Shown: piece by piece, positions 9,762-19,344 of the stretch
Numbering within the stretch: the first letter of the stretch is position 1
Layout: each line of letters begins with the position of its first letter
Virus record (IMG/VR): IMGVR_UViG_2568526354_000007
DNA: 64,000 bases
DNA from: an uncultured virus (IMG/VR IMGVR_UViG_2568526354_000007)
Lineage: Duplodnaviria; Heunggongvirae; Uroviricota; Caudoviricetes
Strand: one strand, 5' to 3'
The notes under the pieces: model-generated
Seen by the model: only the letters and a program-made list of their open reading frames with translations
What the model was told of the DNA's origin: nothing
Database searches by the model: none
Translations under genes and position numbers: made by a program

Positions 9762-11118
9762 TTTCTTTCATACGGTTAGAGGGTGAAACGTTCTGTTCCG
9801 CTTCCACTATGGTACGATAAAGCCCTACTTTTGTAGCGGTACCCGGAAAGTTGGCATTAATATACTGCTGTAACGGTTTACAAAGGATCATATCCGGAAT
9901 AGCCGTTTCGGAAGCGTTATACACTTTCAGGCTGTATAACTTCTCCGATCCGGAAGAAAGCTTGTTTTCTATAATCAGGTTTGAAAGTACCGGATCAAGA
10001 CCGAAGCCGGAAGTGGCGGCAGCATCCGCCTTATTGGATATCTTAATCTGGGCGTCCACATAATCCTTGATCTTCTTATCCAGCGGTTCCACCGTCCAGC
10101 CCTCAAAGTTATTCGCTTCCGGATTCCAGAATTTAGTCGTGTGCATGTATTTCCCGGCGTTCTGCCTTCCGGTAATGTTGGAGGCGAATTTCTCCATAGC
10201 TTCGTCCTTGAAATCTTCCAGCATCTGGGCCGTGTATTTCTCACCCGTACGCTCGCAAACCTGTTTTATACGTGCTTCCGCGCGATCCCAGTAAGACTGC
10301 GGAGATTCGATATGCAGGGAAATGGCCGAAGCGTTTTCGTTATAGGCGATCAGGATAGCGGCCAGGCCGCCGGCAAGCTCCAGCCAGTCAAGCGCACCCA
10401 GAAAACGCGGCGTACTCATGAAATCCTTGCAAAAGGAATAGATATTATAGTATTTCACAGAAACCGGATATTTGAACGGGTGGGCCGGATCAAAAACCGG
10501 GTAACGGTAAGTATAAGCCGGATCAGGATAGGGAAAATTGCCCACAAGCACTTCCTGCGGTTCATCCTCACCGTCGGGAGGATATACCAGGCGGGCCTTC
10601 TGATAGGGAATATGTTCCAGCCGTACCAAACGCCCGGGATTGCCCACACGCGGCGCACGGTTCCGGACAAACTTTATAAAAAAGCCCTGCATGTGTGTTA
10701 AGTCTACGAGTGAGCGGTGAAGAACCGTCGTGTAATCCCACGACTCCAGGTCGGCGGTTATTTCCGGATCGAGTTTCCAACGCCGGTAAAAAAGGTTATT
10801 CTCCTCGTCGATTGCATCCTCATACAGCCGCGGACCTTCTCCCCACTGTAAACCGGCTATTTTACCCATAATACCTTCACCGGCGTAGAATTTATCCAGT
10901 AAACGCATGACCTCGCCCGGCATATCGTTATTATCACCCATGGGAACGATAAAGGTACCGTTTACGCTGATCTTCCGCGAAAAGAAAGCCCCCCGCCGGT
11001 TTAACAGGATGCCGGAAGGTTCCCAACCTTTACCACGGCCACCGATAGAAAAAGAGATCAAACCCTTGTCACTGCCGGTATCTATAATTCCAAAGTTGCC
11101 ACTTCGTCTTATTTCCAT
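9754..11118 (-). CDS. Portal protein (A)
   Basis: ~454 aa (start MEIRRSG); NITGRQNAGK matches FLAGEENAGK in the B portal candidate; size and position fit a portal. Confidence 0.7.
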   Translation of the reverse strand: MEIRRSGNFGIIDTGSDKGLISFSIGGRGKGWEPSGILLNRRGAFFSRKISVNGTFIVPMGDNNDMPGEVMRLLDKFYAGEGIMGKIAGLQWGEGPRLYEDAIDEENNLFYRRWKLDPEITADLESWDYTTVLHRSLVDLTHMQGFFIKFVRNRAPRVGNPGRLVRLEHIPYQKARLVYPPDGEDEPQEVLVGNFPYPDPAYTYRYPVFDPAHPFKYPVSVKYYNIYSFCKDFMSTPRFLGALDWLELAGGLAAILIAYNENASAISLHIESPQSYWDRAEARIKQVCERTGEKYTAQMLEDFKDEAMEKFASNITGRQNAGKYMHTTKFWNPEANNFEGWTVEPLDKKIKDYVDAQIKISNKADAAATSGFGLDPVLSNLIIENKLSSGSEKLYSLKVYNASETAIPDMILCKPLQQYINANFPGTATKVGLYRTIVEAEQNVSPSNRMKENA

Positions 11119-11123
11119 ACTAC

Positions 11124-11402
11124 TTAAATCGTTATTCTTTTCCCGTTGAACTCCATTACCAGACATTCCCAGCAATTCAGCGGCCGGCCTGTTGTGGTGT
11201 CCGTCAGAAATAGTTTATAGCTTGAATTTTCGATGCTTTCATCCGTCGCCTTTTTCCTCAAACGGGCGGCCGTGAGTATCACCATGTCGCCGCCGTCCCG
11301 TGTCTGCCGGTTCCATTTCCGGAACTTGATAGAAAAAGTTCCCCCGGCAATGGTAATTTGCTTCATCTGTTCTACCGCTACATAAAGGTTTATTTGTTCC
11401 AT
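11124..11402 (-). CDS. Conserved small phage protein
   Basis: FSIKFRK...VMEFNG; homologue at 59490-59744 (FSIEFCK...ITRFNN). Confidence 0.7.
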   Translation of the reverse strand: MEQINLYVAVEQMKQITIAGGTFSIKFRKWNRQTRDGGDMVILTAARLRKKATDESIENSSYKLFLTDTTTGRPLNCWECLVMEFNGKRITI

Positions 11403-11911
11403 AGTCGGCGAATAAAGTTTTTAATACTGGCCCAGTTATCATGTACCAGGCAGAAGGATAGAAAGAAAAACATGAATTTTAGGAACGTCCATAAGCTACA
11501 CCCGTTTGCAGTCTTTTCTTTTTCCTGGCTTTGTTGCTTAAAGTCGGATGTACGGGTAACGGCTGTTTCATGCCGGCTGGTAGTTTCCTTATGATCCCGA
11601 TAGGATTGGCTTTGATGTTCTCCAGCGCGTTTTTCAGTTTTTCGGTTGCTGAAACCAATTTCTTTAATTCGTCCGCAACTGTCGTAGTTGATTCGCACAT
11701 ACATACTATCTTCCCGGTAAATCTGGAGTACGTGTCTTTCATCGACTGAATCTGTCCGCGTAACTCCTGTAACTCCGTCAATAGTTGTCTGTTTTTCTTC
11801 TCCAGTTGATGACGTAACCGTCTCACGTGTAACAGAACGATGAGAGCGGCAACTGCAAAAACAAGCTGAAAGACAAATAAAAATAAATAAGTGTAAGATT
11901 CCATGTTTCAT
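11390..11911 (-). CDS. Putative unimolecular spanin (lipoprotein signal plus C-terminal TM)
   Basis: Signal peptide ending ...CFCSC, hydrophilic middle, C-terminal hydrophobic helix; directly follows the holin-like gene. Confidence 0.6.
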   Translation of the reverse strand: MKHGILHLFIFICLSACFCSCRSHRSVTRETVTSSTGEEKQTTIDGVTGVTRTDSVDERHVLQIYREDSMYVRINYDSCGRIKEIGFSNRKTEKRAGEHQSQSYRDHKETTSRHETAVTRTSDFKQQSQEKEKTANGCSLWTFLKFMFFFLSFCLVHDNWASIKNFIRRLWNK

Positions 11912-11919
11912 AATTGATT

Positions 11920-12264
11920 TTAGTTATTATAGTCAAAAGTGATAGATTTGCGCTGAAGACAACCTTTCACGCCACAAAGAAACGGTTTCATAGTATCCAT
12001 TACACGGGAGTTCTGTCGGATTGCTTTTTCCATTTCATTACATTTATGTAGGACCTCCTTGTATTTGTTATCCAGTTCATCAAAACGCTTCTTTAAATCC
12101 TGCCTGTCACTCTTCAAATCCTCGATCAGCTTCTGGTAAACCTCTTGGACTGACTTCATGGCATCCGCTTCCGCCTGTTTACGGGTATAGCGGAGAGTGA
12201 ATAACCAGGTCAAACCACCCGTACAAAAAGCGGTTACAACCGCCGTGATTATCGTTTCTGTCAT
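11920..12264 (-). CDS. Holin-like protein (N-terminal TM plus coiled coil)
   Basis: 114 aa from MTETII; AEADAMKSVQEVYQ shared with 60246-60590. Confidence 0.6.
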   Translation of the reverse strand: MTETIITAVVTAFCTGGLTWLFTLRYTRKQAEADAMKSVQEVYQKLIEDLKSDRQDLKKRFDELDNKYKEVLHKCNEMEKAIRQNSRVMDTMKPFLCGVKGCLQRKSITFDYNN

Positions 12265-12287
12265 ATTTCTGATTTTTATTGTCTCTA

Positions 12288-12323
12288 CAAAAGTGAGAAG
12301 AAAGAGACGAGAAGAAAAGGACA
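12288..12323 (-). promoter_or_regulatory. Putative late promoter, copy 2
   Basis: TGTCC-N23-CACTTTTG upstream of the holin-like gene, preceded by a terminator hairpin at 12331-12351. Confidence 0.7.
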
Positions 12324-12421
12324 TAAAAAAGTGCCGGGAACCACCCCGGCACAAACAACCCCTAACCTGGAACTTAAACTTAACGGATACCTTTTTCAAC
12401 AGGTATGCTAAATTATTCATA

Positions 12422-12655
12422 TTAAGGATTAGACAACTTTTCGATGTCTTTTTTCATCATGCGTAATAATTGAATCCTCCTTAACACTTCATTTGTTGGT
12501 GTACTTTCATCTCCTTTCTCTATTAGAAAATCGATTAGGTCCTCAATAACTTCGATATAGCAAGCGGACACCGGTTCCGTCTTAACTTGCCACAGTTTCA
12601 AAATCTCGGCGCTTTCATCTGTGATATGTGCGCCGTTTACTTCTATATCTTTCAT
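12422..12655 (-). CDS. Hypothetical phage protein
   Basis: 77-aa ORF in a tightly packed operon. Confidence 0.6.
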   Translation of the reverse strand: MKDIEVNGAHITDESAEILKLWQVKTEPVSACYIEVIEDLIDFLIEKGDESTPTNEVLRRIQLLRMMKKDIEKLSNP

Positions 12656-12668
12656 ACTAATTCTTTCT

Positions 12669-13043
12669 TTAAACGTTTTTAATCGGTGTAGTCTCTAAGG
12701 TAGTAAAATCAATAATTCCGGCCTGCCGGTATATTCCGAGGGCGACTTTTCTGAATCGTTCGTAATTACGTCTATCAATGGGCGACAACTGCCACCTCTT
12801 CATGTCTTTCATCAAATCCGGTATATTATTAGCACTATTATACAAACAGTTGTTTTTACCGTACTCGTGATGAAGTGATACGGACTGAAAATCACCGGAG
12901 AAAACAACTAACCGCAAACGTTCAAGTTCGAGGAAAGCAAATTCTTCGTTTACCTTCTCCACCTTATAGGCTCTTAATTCAATGGAAGGTGTACCGTATT
13001 CACGTCTAACGAAAAATAGAATATCAGGATTATTTGTATTCAT
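12669..13043 (-). CDS. Hypothetical phage protein
   Basis: 124 aa; start overlaps the upstream stop (ATGA). Confidence 0.65.
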   Translation of the reverse strand: MNTNNPDILFFVRREYGTPSIELRAYKVEKVNEEFAFLELERLRLVVFSGDFQSVSLHHEYGKNNCLYNSANNIPDLMKDMKRWQLSPIDRRNYERFRKVALGIYRQAGIIDFTTLETTPIKNV

Positions 13044-13396
13044 TTGGCACCTCCTTTTAAGTCTTCTAATTTAACATGTGAAATACTTGTTATATTTTCC
13101 AGTACCCCGTCGCATATACTTTTAACCCTTAATCCGCGGGAGCCGTCTTTCTTGGGTAAATTCAGGTGATAATACGGGCAATTCCTCCAAAATGTAATCT
13201 GAGAAATCCAGCCACGAACTTTAAAAGTAGCATTGCTTATTTTATAATCAATCTGTACCAGATCATCCGGTTTAAATCGACTTTCTTGTAAAAACATCCC
13301 TTGAATTTCTTCCTGCTCTTTCTTTATTTCCTCAATCCTTTTTTCATTGTTTTGTAATTGAGTAAGTAAGACCTGTTGATATTCAGTATATATCAT
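13040..13396 (-). CDS. Hypothetical phage protein
   Basis: 118 aa; GGAGG plus ATGA coupling. Confidence 0.65.
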   Translation of the reverse strand: MIYTEYQQVLLTQLQNNEKRIEEIKKEQEEIQGMFLQESRFKPDDLVQIDYKISNATFKVRGWISQITFWRNCPYYHLNLPKKDGSRGLRVKSICDGVLENITSISHVKLEDLKGGAK

Positions 13397-13743
13397 TTAG
13401 CACCTCCTTTCTTTTCTATCTGGGGACGCTCTGAAAACCTATATATTCCTTTAACCCGGTAAATGGAAAAATAGGCTACAGGCTTATCACAGCCGTTATT
13501 ATGTGTTTTAGTGTCCTGGTCTATGTGAATAAACCCGCTACCGGAAGATATTTTCAGCGGCATTGTTTTAGGGTATTTCTCGTTCAGCTCCTTTACCTTT
13601 GCTTCCAGTTCAGTTTTAAAAGCATCAAAGGAAATTTCATCAGGGCAAAGCGTATTACCAAACTGGTTTGCAAACTCTGTCATTTCAGCACATTTTCGAT
13701 TCTGTGGCTTATATTCGGTAAGCTTAATAAAATAAGATATCAT
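13393..13743 (-). CDS. Hypothetical phage protein
   Basis: Start MISYFIK is coupled to the upstream stop. Confidence 0.65.
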   Translation of the reverse strand: MISYFIKLTEYKPQNRKCAEMTEFANQFGNTLCPDEISFDAFKTELEAKVKELNEKYPKTMPLKISSGSGFIHIDQDTKTHNNGCDKPVAYFSIYRVKGIYRFSERPQIEKKGGAK

Positions 13744-13991
13744 TTTCGGCCTCCTTTCTGTAATTTCTTTGCCCGGTACACACAAATAGCCGCACCGATA
13801 ACAGCCGGTGGGAAGATAAAAGTAAGACAGAACCAGGCGATAGCAGATAAATAATAAGCATCAGAAGCCGAGTTTATGGAACACTCTTTTTCCAGCTCCT
13901 GAAAATAACGATGTTGGATTGTGTTTACGTCCGTGCTACCAGTACGGAACGAGGGCACGTAGCTTGTGCCGGATTGAAATTCTTTTTCCAT
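13740..13991 (-). CDS. Small TM protein, first gene behind the antisense switch (A)
   Basis: SDAYYLSAIAWFCLTFIFPP; homologue at 50631-50885 (SDAYYVSAIACLCATFIFPP). Confidence 0.7.
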   Translation of the reverse strand: MEKEFQSGTSYVPSFRTGSTDVNTIQHRYFQELEKECSINSASDAYYLSAIAWFCLTFIFPPAVIGAAICVYRAKKLQKGGRK

Positions 13992-14023
13992 AACGGTGTT
14001 AATTTTGACTATTTTACATGGGA

Positions 14024-14114
14024 AAGGCGGTTACCATTTCCCCTAATTCGTCAAAATTAACACCGCAAACCGTCCGAAGATCGGGTTATAAGTTTAGGGA
14101 AAGGCAACCGCCTT
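14024..14114 (-). ncRNA. Putative c4/CI-like antisense RNA (A)
   Basis: Closing stem 14024-14046/14094-14114 encloses 14050-14065, which is complementary to 13994-14009 (16/16) and 14196-14211 (15/16). Confidence 0.65.
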
Positions 14115-14354
14115 ATATAAACAACACTAAACGGGGTAGAAAAGAACCCCTTTATTTTTTCGAGCCAATAACCGAGACTCACCGGACCGCATCAGCGGTG
14201 TTAACTTTGACAGGGGCAAATGTCGGCATTAAATTCTGAACAAAAAAAAAAAAAACGTTAATTAAAGTTTATGTAAAAAGAAAGTTTGTAGACAAGGCGA
14301 TTCGTTACTTCGTAACAAAAACGCCCGCCAGAATTGGCGAGCGTTAATCTATTC

Positions 14355-14873
14355 TTATGGTTCATATCTCTTTTGAGCTTTATTCTCTTTATCACTTTCC
14401 TTTTTTATATTTCGCATAAATAAAGGAATTTTCTTTTCTACCTTTTCATTATAATTCTCTTTGTCTTCCATGACCGCTTTCTCCATGTCTTCAAAATCTT
14501 TTTGTGTTATAATCCCTTCTCGTATTTCATCATCAGAAACTATATCTTTACTTAATAACCAATGATATATATTTTGATTCGTATTTTCATTTGTAACAAC
14601 GTATGCCTGCTCAAATTTCCACCTAAATTTTGCTAAATAATTCATGGCGTCTACCATAGAATTAAATTCAATTTCTTTCCCGGATTCATCTACCATAAAC
14701 GTTTTGTATTTCCCGAAATAAGATGTTTTTTGCCCGAAGTCTATTTGTATTTTGACTTTAGAACTTAAAACTTTACCTGTACCAATAATTTCACAAAACG
14801 TTTTTCGCGGTTCTTGTGCTGTAGCTGCTATTACTAAAATAGCCAACACGGTAGTTAATAATAATTTCTTCAT
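14355..14873 (-). CDS. Secreted hypothetical protein (moron)
   Basis: Sec signal MKKLLLTTVLAILVIAATA; AT-rich; own TATTTTTG box (~14957) and terminator (~14320-14345). Confidence 0.7.
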   Translation of the reverse strand: MKKLLLTTVLAILVIAATAQEPRKTFCEIIGTGKVLSSKVKIQIDFGQKTSYFGKYKTFMVDESGKEIEFNSMVDAMNYLAKFRWKFEQAYVVTNENTNQNIYHWLLSKDIVSDDEIREGIITQKDFEDMEKAVMEDKENYNEKVEKKIPLFMRNIKKESDKENKAQKRYEP

Positions 14874-15046
14874 ATCAGTAACTTAAAATTAGTGTACACT
14901 TTCGTCTGTACCACCCGTAAGTTCTGACGGTTATATTTAGTGTGATTTTGACGGTTGCAAAAATACTTAAAAATATATATTTATACAAAAGCCCTATCAA
15001 AAAAAATAATGTGATAAGCCTTAGTTGTTATTATGTAAATTAAAGA

Positions 15047-15493
15047 TTAAACATCTGATAATAACCATGCTAATATCCTTTTTATAGGGGCTGCTGATAG
15101 CACTCCTACTATAAACGCCATAATACTACATATTACGCTCGTAGCGTTTAGATAATTTGATAGTATCGTTGATTCCTTTACTCTCGAATCCTGTTTTTTA
15201 TCCCTTATTTTACCAAATTGCCGTTTTCTCAAAGCACGAAGATATTCATGATAATTTCCATACTTCTTGATTACCTTATAGCCTTTGGAAGTTAACGAAA
15301 GCTTCCCGGATTGTTCTCTTACCAGCCCTTCTAATAATAGCTGGTTGAGTGCTATTTTTCCAAATTCAACCGGATAACCTGTTGCTAGAGCTTTTACAAA
15401 GCCACTATTCAAGGAAAAAGGTTCAAGACAACAATATAAACAGGTCATAATAGAACTTTTTATATTATCTATCGGGGTTTCTTTTCGCTCCAT
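15047..15493 (-). CDS. Membrane-anchored hypothetical protein (moron)
   Basis: Winged-helix-like N-terminal part (GLV...LSLTSKG) and a C-terminal TM; AT-rich. Confidence 0.6.
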   Translation of the reverse strand: MERKETPIDNIKSSIMTCLYCCLEPFSLNSGFVKALATGYPVEFGKIALNQLLLEGLVREQSGKLSLTSKGYKVIKKYGNYHEYLRALRKRQFGKIRDKKQDSRVKESTILSNYLNATSVICSIMAFIVGVLSAAPIKRILAWLLSDV

Positions 15494-15852
15494 AACTAAA
15501 CTTATTTGTCAGCGAATATACTAAGAATCTACCAAAAAAATGCAAGGCAACCACCTAAAATACAAGGCAATTCACCCAAAAACGTACAAAAAACGAGTAA
15601 AAACGCATAAAACACACACTTTTTCGCGTAAAATTTTGGTCTAAATGTAGATAAACAACTGAAAAACAGTCAAAAACCGAAGAAAATTTCAAAAACTAAA
15701 AAAATGACACCTTCCGAAGACCGAGCCGCTCAGAAGTCGGAAAGCAGTTGCCCTCCCCCTAAAAGGTGAAATATGACCTCTGGGGAGGGGGTACCCGTAA
15801 CCTGGTAACACAAAAAACGCCGGAAAACCGATTTTCCAGCGTTACAAGGCAA

Positions 15853-17574
15853 TTACCTTTTATGCCTGTTCTCTATCCATTGATCTACAAACGAGTCGGC
15901 CTGCAGCGTCCGCTTGCCTCGTACTAAAGCTATCCAGCCGGGGCGCATCAGTAAGTATTTGAAAGCGTCGGAGAAATTGGTGGATAACATCGGTAGTTTT
16001 TTCGGTGCCAGCTTTTCGGACTTCTTCACTTTGAACACTACTTTAGAGTTACCCCGGTATTTGATTTCAGCCTTTGCCTTTTCTACGGAACTAACCATTT
16101 CTTTACAGTTCACCGCATCAACCAGCAGAATAGGTAGGTTCTTGTTGGTACCGCCCATAATCTCCTGCATGAAGTCGTATTCCGCATCCTGCCGGATAAC
16201 TGCCTGTTTACGGCTCTTTAGGTTTACGATCCAGCCGGTACGGTTCCCGCTGCCGTCTTTTTCTATGGCGTCTTTGATCTTACCCGCGTAATCCTCCTTC
16301 TGTTTCTCAAAGTTATTACCTGCACGGTCATAGTACAAATCCAGTTCTTTGTATTCGTGGTTCTGGAAGAAAGTGAGGAACTGGTCGGCGATCTCCCGGA
16401 ACCAGCCCGGCGGTATCTCAAAAAAGTTCTTATGTACCCGGTAATAAGCACCGTCCGCCTGACCGATCACCAAAGAAAGCATATTACCGAAGTCCATACC
16501 GCCTTCAATCGTTTTATCATGGTGCAGGTACTGGAGTTCCCGCGAGCTGTAAGCGGCTTCCCCGGACGCGGTACCGTTATAATACTTATGTCCTTCACCA
16601 AACAACACATAGAAACGTAAATCCCTGCGAAGACCGGGACGCATACCCACCACCGACTTTTTAAATTCGTGAAGCTCCATTGTTCCATTATACATACGCT
16701 TTAAATACTCTATCGTAAGTATCTCAACATTAGCGAATGAAGAAGCGTTAAGAAAGAACGTTTGTCCTTTTCTCAACTTCAACAAAGCCCGGTCGTAATA
16801 TTCAATATCCCGTTTCAAACGTTTCAGCTTCAAGGGGGAAGGCTTATTTTTTCTTTCTTCTTTTAACAGAGAAATTACCAGTTCATTACGCATACTTGCC
16901 GCCTGTACTATTTTAATGATCCGTTCCGGGTCCATTTGCTTGACATACCGGAAAAACCAGTCGTACTCGTTTTCGTCGATATCCGGCATATCGGTAGTAA
17001 TGGTTATTCCCAGGAATAAATGGGAATGTCCGTAAGTGATCGCATCACCGCGAAGAATAGGCATAGCGCGGTTTACTTTCATTTCCTTGTCGTACTTCGC
17101 TTCATCATAAAACAGATGTATTACAGACTTTCCGGCAAGCAGCGAAGGGTTATCCAGTGATCCCATGAAAATAACGCATCCGTTCCAGAAGCTGTAAACA
17201 TGCTTGTAATCATCCACGATAACCGAACATTTACGCCGCCAGGATTCAGGCGGGCGGGTATCTTTTACATAGTGTACCCCTTCGATCAGGCCCATAAGCT
17301 GCCAGCCCTTCTGAACGGCCGGCATTATATTATCTTCCAGGTTACTGTAGGTATTGGCAACAAAAGCGAACGCACCGCCGGGCATTTCTTCCACACACCG
17401 GGCGGAACGCCTGGCTTGTATAACGGTCGATTTGGCCGTACCGCGCCCGTCAACAGATACAAGGATAGTAGTATCGATCCAGTCCGTCAGAACCTGGATT
17501 ATATGGCCGTATTTGATTTCCACATCATCGGCGTTACTCACCTTCGTTATCTTCCCCGAACTCTTTGATATCAT
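15853..17574 (-). CDS. Terminase large subunit (A)
   Basis: Walker A-like GRGTAKS, Walker B LFYDE, RNase H-like GGMDFG...SDAFKY. True start may be GTG at 17541. Confidence 0.85.
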   Translation of the reverse strand: MISKSSGKITKVSNADDVEIKYGHIIQVLTDWIDTTILVSVDGRGTAKSTVIQARRSARCVEEMPGGAFAFVANTYSNLEDNIMPAVQKGWQLMGLIEGVHYVKDTRPPESWRRKCSVIVDDYKHVYSFWNGCVIFMGSLDNPSLLAGKSVIHLFYDEAKYDKEMKVNRAMPILRGDAITYGHSHLFLGITITTDMPDIDENEYDWFFRYVKQMDPERIIKIVQAASMRNELVISLLKEERKNKPSPLKLKRLKRDIEYYDRALLKLRKGQTFFLNASSFANVEILTIEYLKRMYNGTMELHEFKKSVVGMRPGLRRDLRFYVLFGEGHKYYNGTASGEAAYSSRELQYLHHDKTIEGGMDFGNMLSLVIGQADGAYYRVHKNFFEIPPGWFREIADQFLTFFQNHEYKELDLYYDRAGNNFEKQKEDYAGKIKDAIEKDGSGNRTGWIVNLKSRKQAVIRQDAEYDFMQEIMGGTNKNLPILLVDAVNCKEMVSSVEKAKAEIKYRGNSKVVFKVKKSEKLAPKKLPMLSTNFSDAFKYLLMRPGWIALVRGKRTLQADSFVDQWIENRHKR

Positions 17575-18214
17575 ACAACATACGTTTTTTCAGGTCAAAA
17601 GCTTTAATACGCGCATCCTCTTTTATGTTCTCACGCACGATAACAGGAATTTCCGGTATCGCGTCGATAAACTCTTCCAGTTCTTTACGGTCGATTTCAG
17701 GAACACCCAGATCCTTACGGCTGGTAGTATAAATAACCGTACTTTTCTGTGCAAGCAGTTCCTCCGGTATTTCGGCCTGTTGATCCTTATAACATCCGCG
17801 AAGTTCCGCCGCCAGTTTCAGCAGGTTCTTAGCCTCTTTCACATTTCCCATAAGAAAAACAGTATTCGCCCAGTTTTCGGCCTTTTCCGCATACAGGTTA
17901 GCGAAAGCCTGCGGGCGTACGTTATCCTGCGTATAAAAGAAATTGAGACTGTCGGCATACACCTGGCGGGCCATCCAGTCCGAAAGCCCGTAAGGTTCCG
18001 ACTTCAAAAGGCGGATGATACCGGCCTTTGTCACCAACTTACCATTTATACGCATACGGGCACGAAGGCCCCGTACCATTTCCATAAGGCTGTAATATTC
18101 CCTTTCATCAGGCGCGAGGGCTTCCAGCGTACCGGTAGAAAGAATCCTTTGAATCTGGTTGATATCCACCTTGTCAAAGTCTATTCGTGAGGGCTTAATT
18201 AAATTCGTCGTCAT
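17534..18214 (-). CDS. Putative terminase small subunit or packaging-associated protein
   Basis: 226 aa, helical, overlapping the start of the terminase large subunit gene. Confidence 0.5.
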   Translation of the reverse strand: MTTNLIKPSRIDFDKVDINQIQRILSTGTLEALAPDEREYYSLMEMVRGLRARMRINGKLVTKAGIIRLLKSEPYGLSDWMARQVYADSLNFFYTQDNVRPQAFANLYAEKAENWANTVFLMGNVKEAKNLLKLAAELRGCYKDQQAEIPEELLAQKSTVIYTTSRKDLGVPEIDRKELEEFIDAIPEIPVIVRENIKEDARIKAFDLKKRMLYDIKEFGEDNEGE

Positions 18215-18539
18215 CCATTTGCTCGATTAAACGTTCAAAAGTATGTCTTTTCCGTACGGCCTCCAGCTGTTTTATAGCTTCCACGTTTCCGCCTTCCGCC
18301 GCTTCATGGAGTTTTATTTCAGGGGCGGCACGTGCTACCAGAATCCCTTCCCGGATCAGGAAGTTAACGGAAGTTCCCGCCGTTTCCGCATCCCGGACAA
18401 AAAGCCCGGCATCCTCCGGAGAAAGCCCCAGGGAAACGGCTATGTCTTTCGGCGAATACCCTAAAGAAGACAAACGCCGTACATCCTCTTTTTGCTGCGC
18501 ATCCAGGTAAATACTATCCACCACCGTTAAATCGTTCAT
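18195..18539 (-). CDS. HTH protein, terminase-small-like
   Basis: LGYSPKDIAVSLGLS HTH followed by ...AAEGGNVEAIK. Confidence 0.55.
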   Translation of the reverse strand: MNDLTVVDSIYLDAQQKEDVRRLSSLGYSPKDIAVSLGLSPEDAGLFVRDAETAGTSVNFLIREGILVARAAPEIKLHEAAEGGNVEAIKQLEAVRKRHTFERLIEQMDDDEFN

Positions 18540-19188
18540 ACGTATCTTTTATTCGTTTCTGTGCCGTGAAATAATAAATTTCGTCCTGTTCCATTAATAC
18601 AAAGTTCCGGCCGCTTTCAATGGCTGCCACCGCTGTAGTACCGGAACCGCCGAAAGTGTCCAGGATCAGATCGCCGGGCTTTGTACTGTCTTCAATCAGT
18701 TTACGGATCAACGCCACCGGTTTCTGTGTGGGATGCACCTTTTCACCTTCTACCAGTTTCGCACCGGACGCAAAAGACCGGATATTATCTATTATGTTTG
18801 TGGCACCGATAGAAACACCCTTTCCGCAATGAAACAAAATAAGTTCGTGTATAAAGGCGTAATGATTACCCGGGCCCGACTGTTTGTTCCAGACGATCAT
18901 GTTTGACGCGCCTAAATACAAGTCAAACAACGGATAATAGAAAGCATATCCGCGCCAGTCCGTAAAAAAGTACACACAAGCACCGGTTGTCTTTACCCGG
19001 TTAAACTCCAGGAACAAATCCCGGTAAAAGGGTTTACAGATAGACAAATCTTTAAAGCTGCCTTTCTGCCCGTTGTGTGTCATTCCCAGGAAATAAGGCG
19101 GATCGGTTATTATACAATCTACGGATTTGTCCGGAACACGTTTCAACGCCTCCAGGCAGTCCTCGTTATAAACTTTATTTGTTATCAT
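18514..19188 (-). CDS. Orphan DNA amino-methyltransferase (N6-A/N4-C, beta class)
   Basis: Motif IV DPPY, HPTQKP and motif I LDTFGGSGTT, in beta-class order. Confidence 0.92.
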   Translation of the reverse strand: MITNKVYNEDCLEALKRVPDKSVDCIITDPPYFLGMTHNGQKGSFKDLSICKPFYRDLFLEFNRVKTTGACVYFFTDWRGYAFYYPLFDLYLGASNMIVWNKQSGPGNHYAFIHELILFHCGKGVSIGATNIIDNIRSFASGAKLVEGEKVHPTQKPVALIRKLIEDSTKPGDLILDTFGGSGTTAVAAIESGRNFVLMEQDEIYYFTAQKRIKDTYERFNGGG

Positions 19189-19344
19189 TGGAAAGTTGTT
19201 TAAGCCGGCTTTCTTCTTTTTCTATCCGGAGGGTTAATGTTTTGAGCTGGTGCCCCAGCTCCGAACGGTCGCAAGGGTGAGAGAAACGGCCCAGGTTCTT
19301 TGTGATCCGTTGCCGTTTCCCTGTCAGACTGGCAATAAGTTCAA

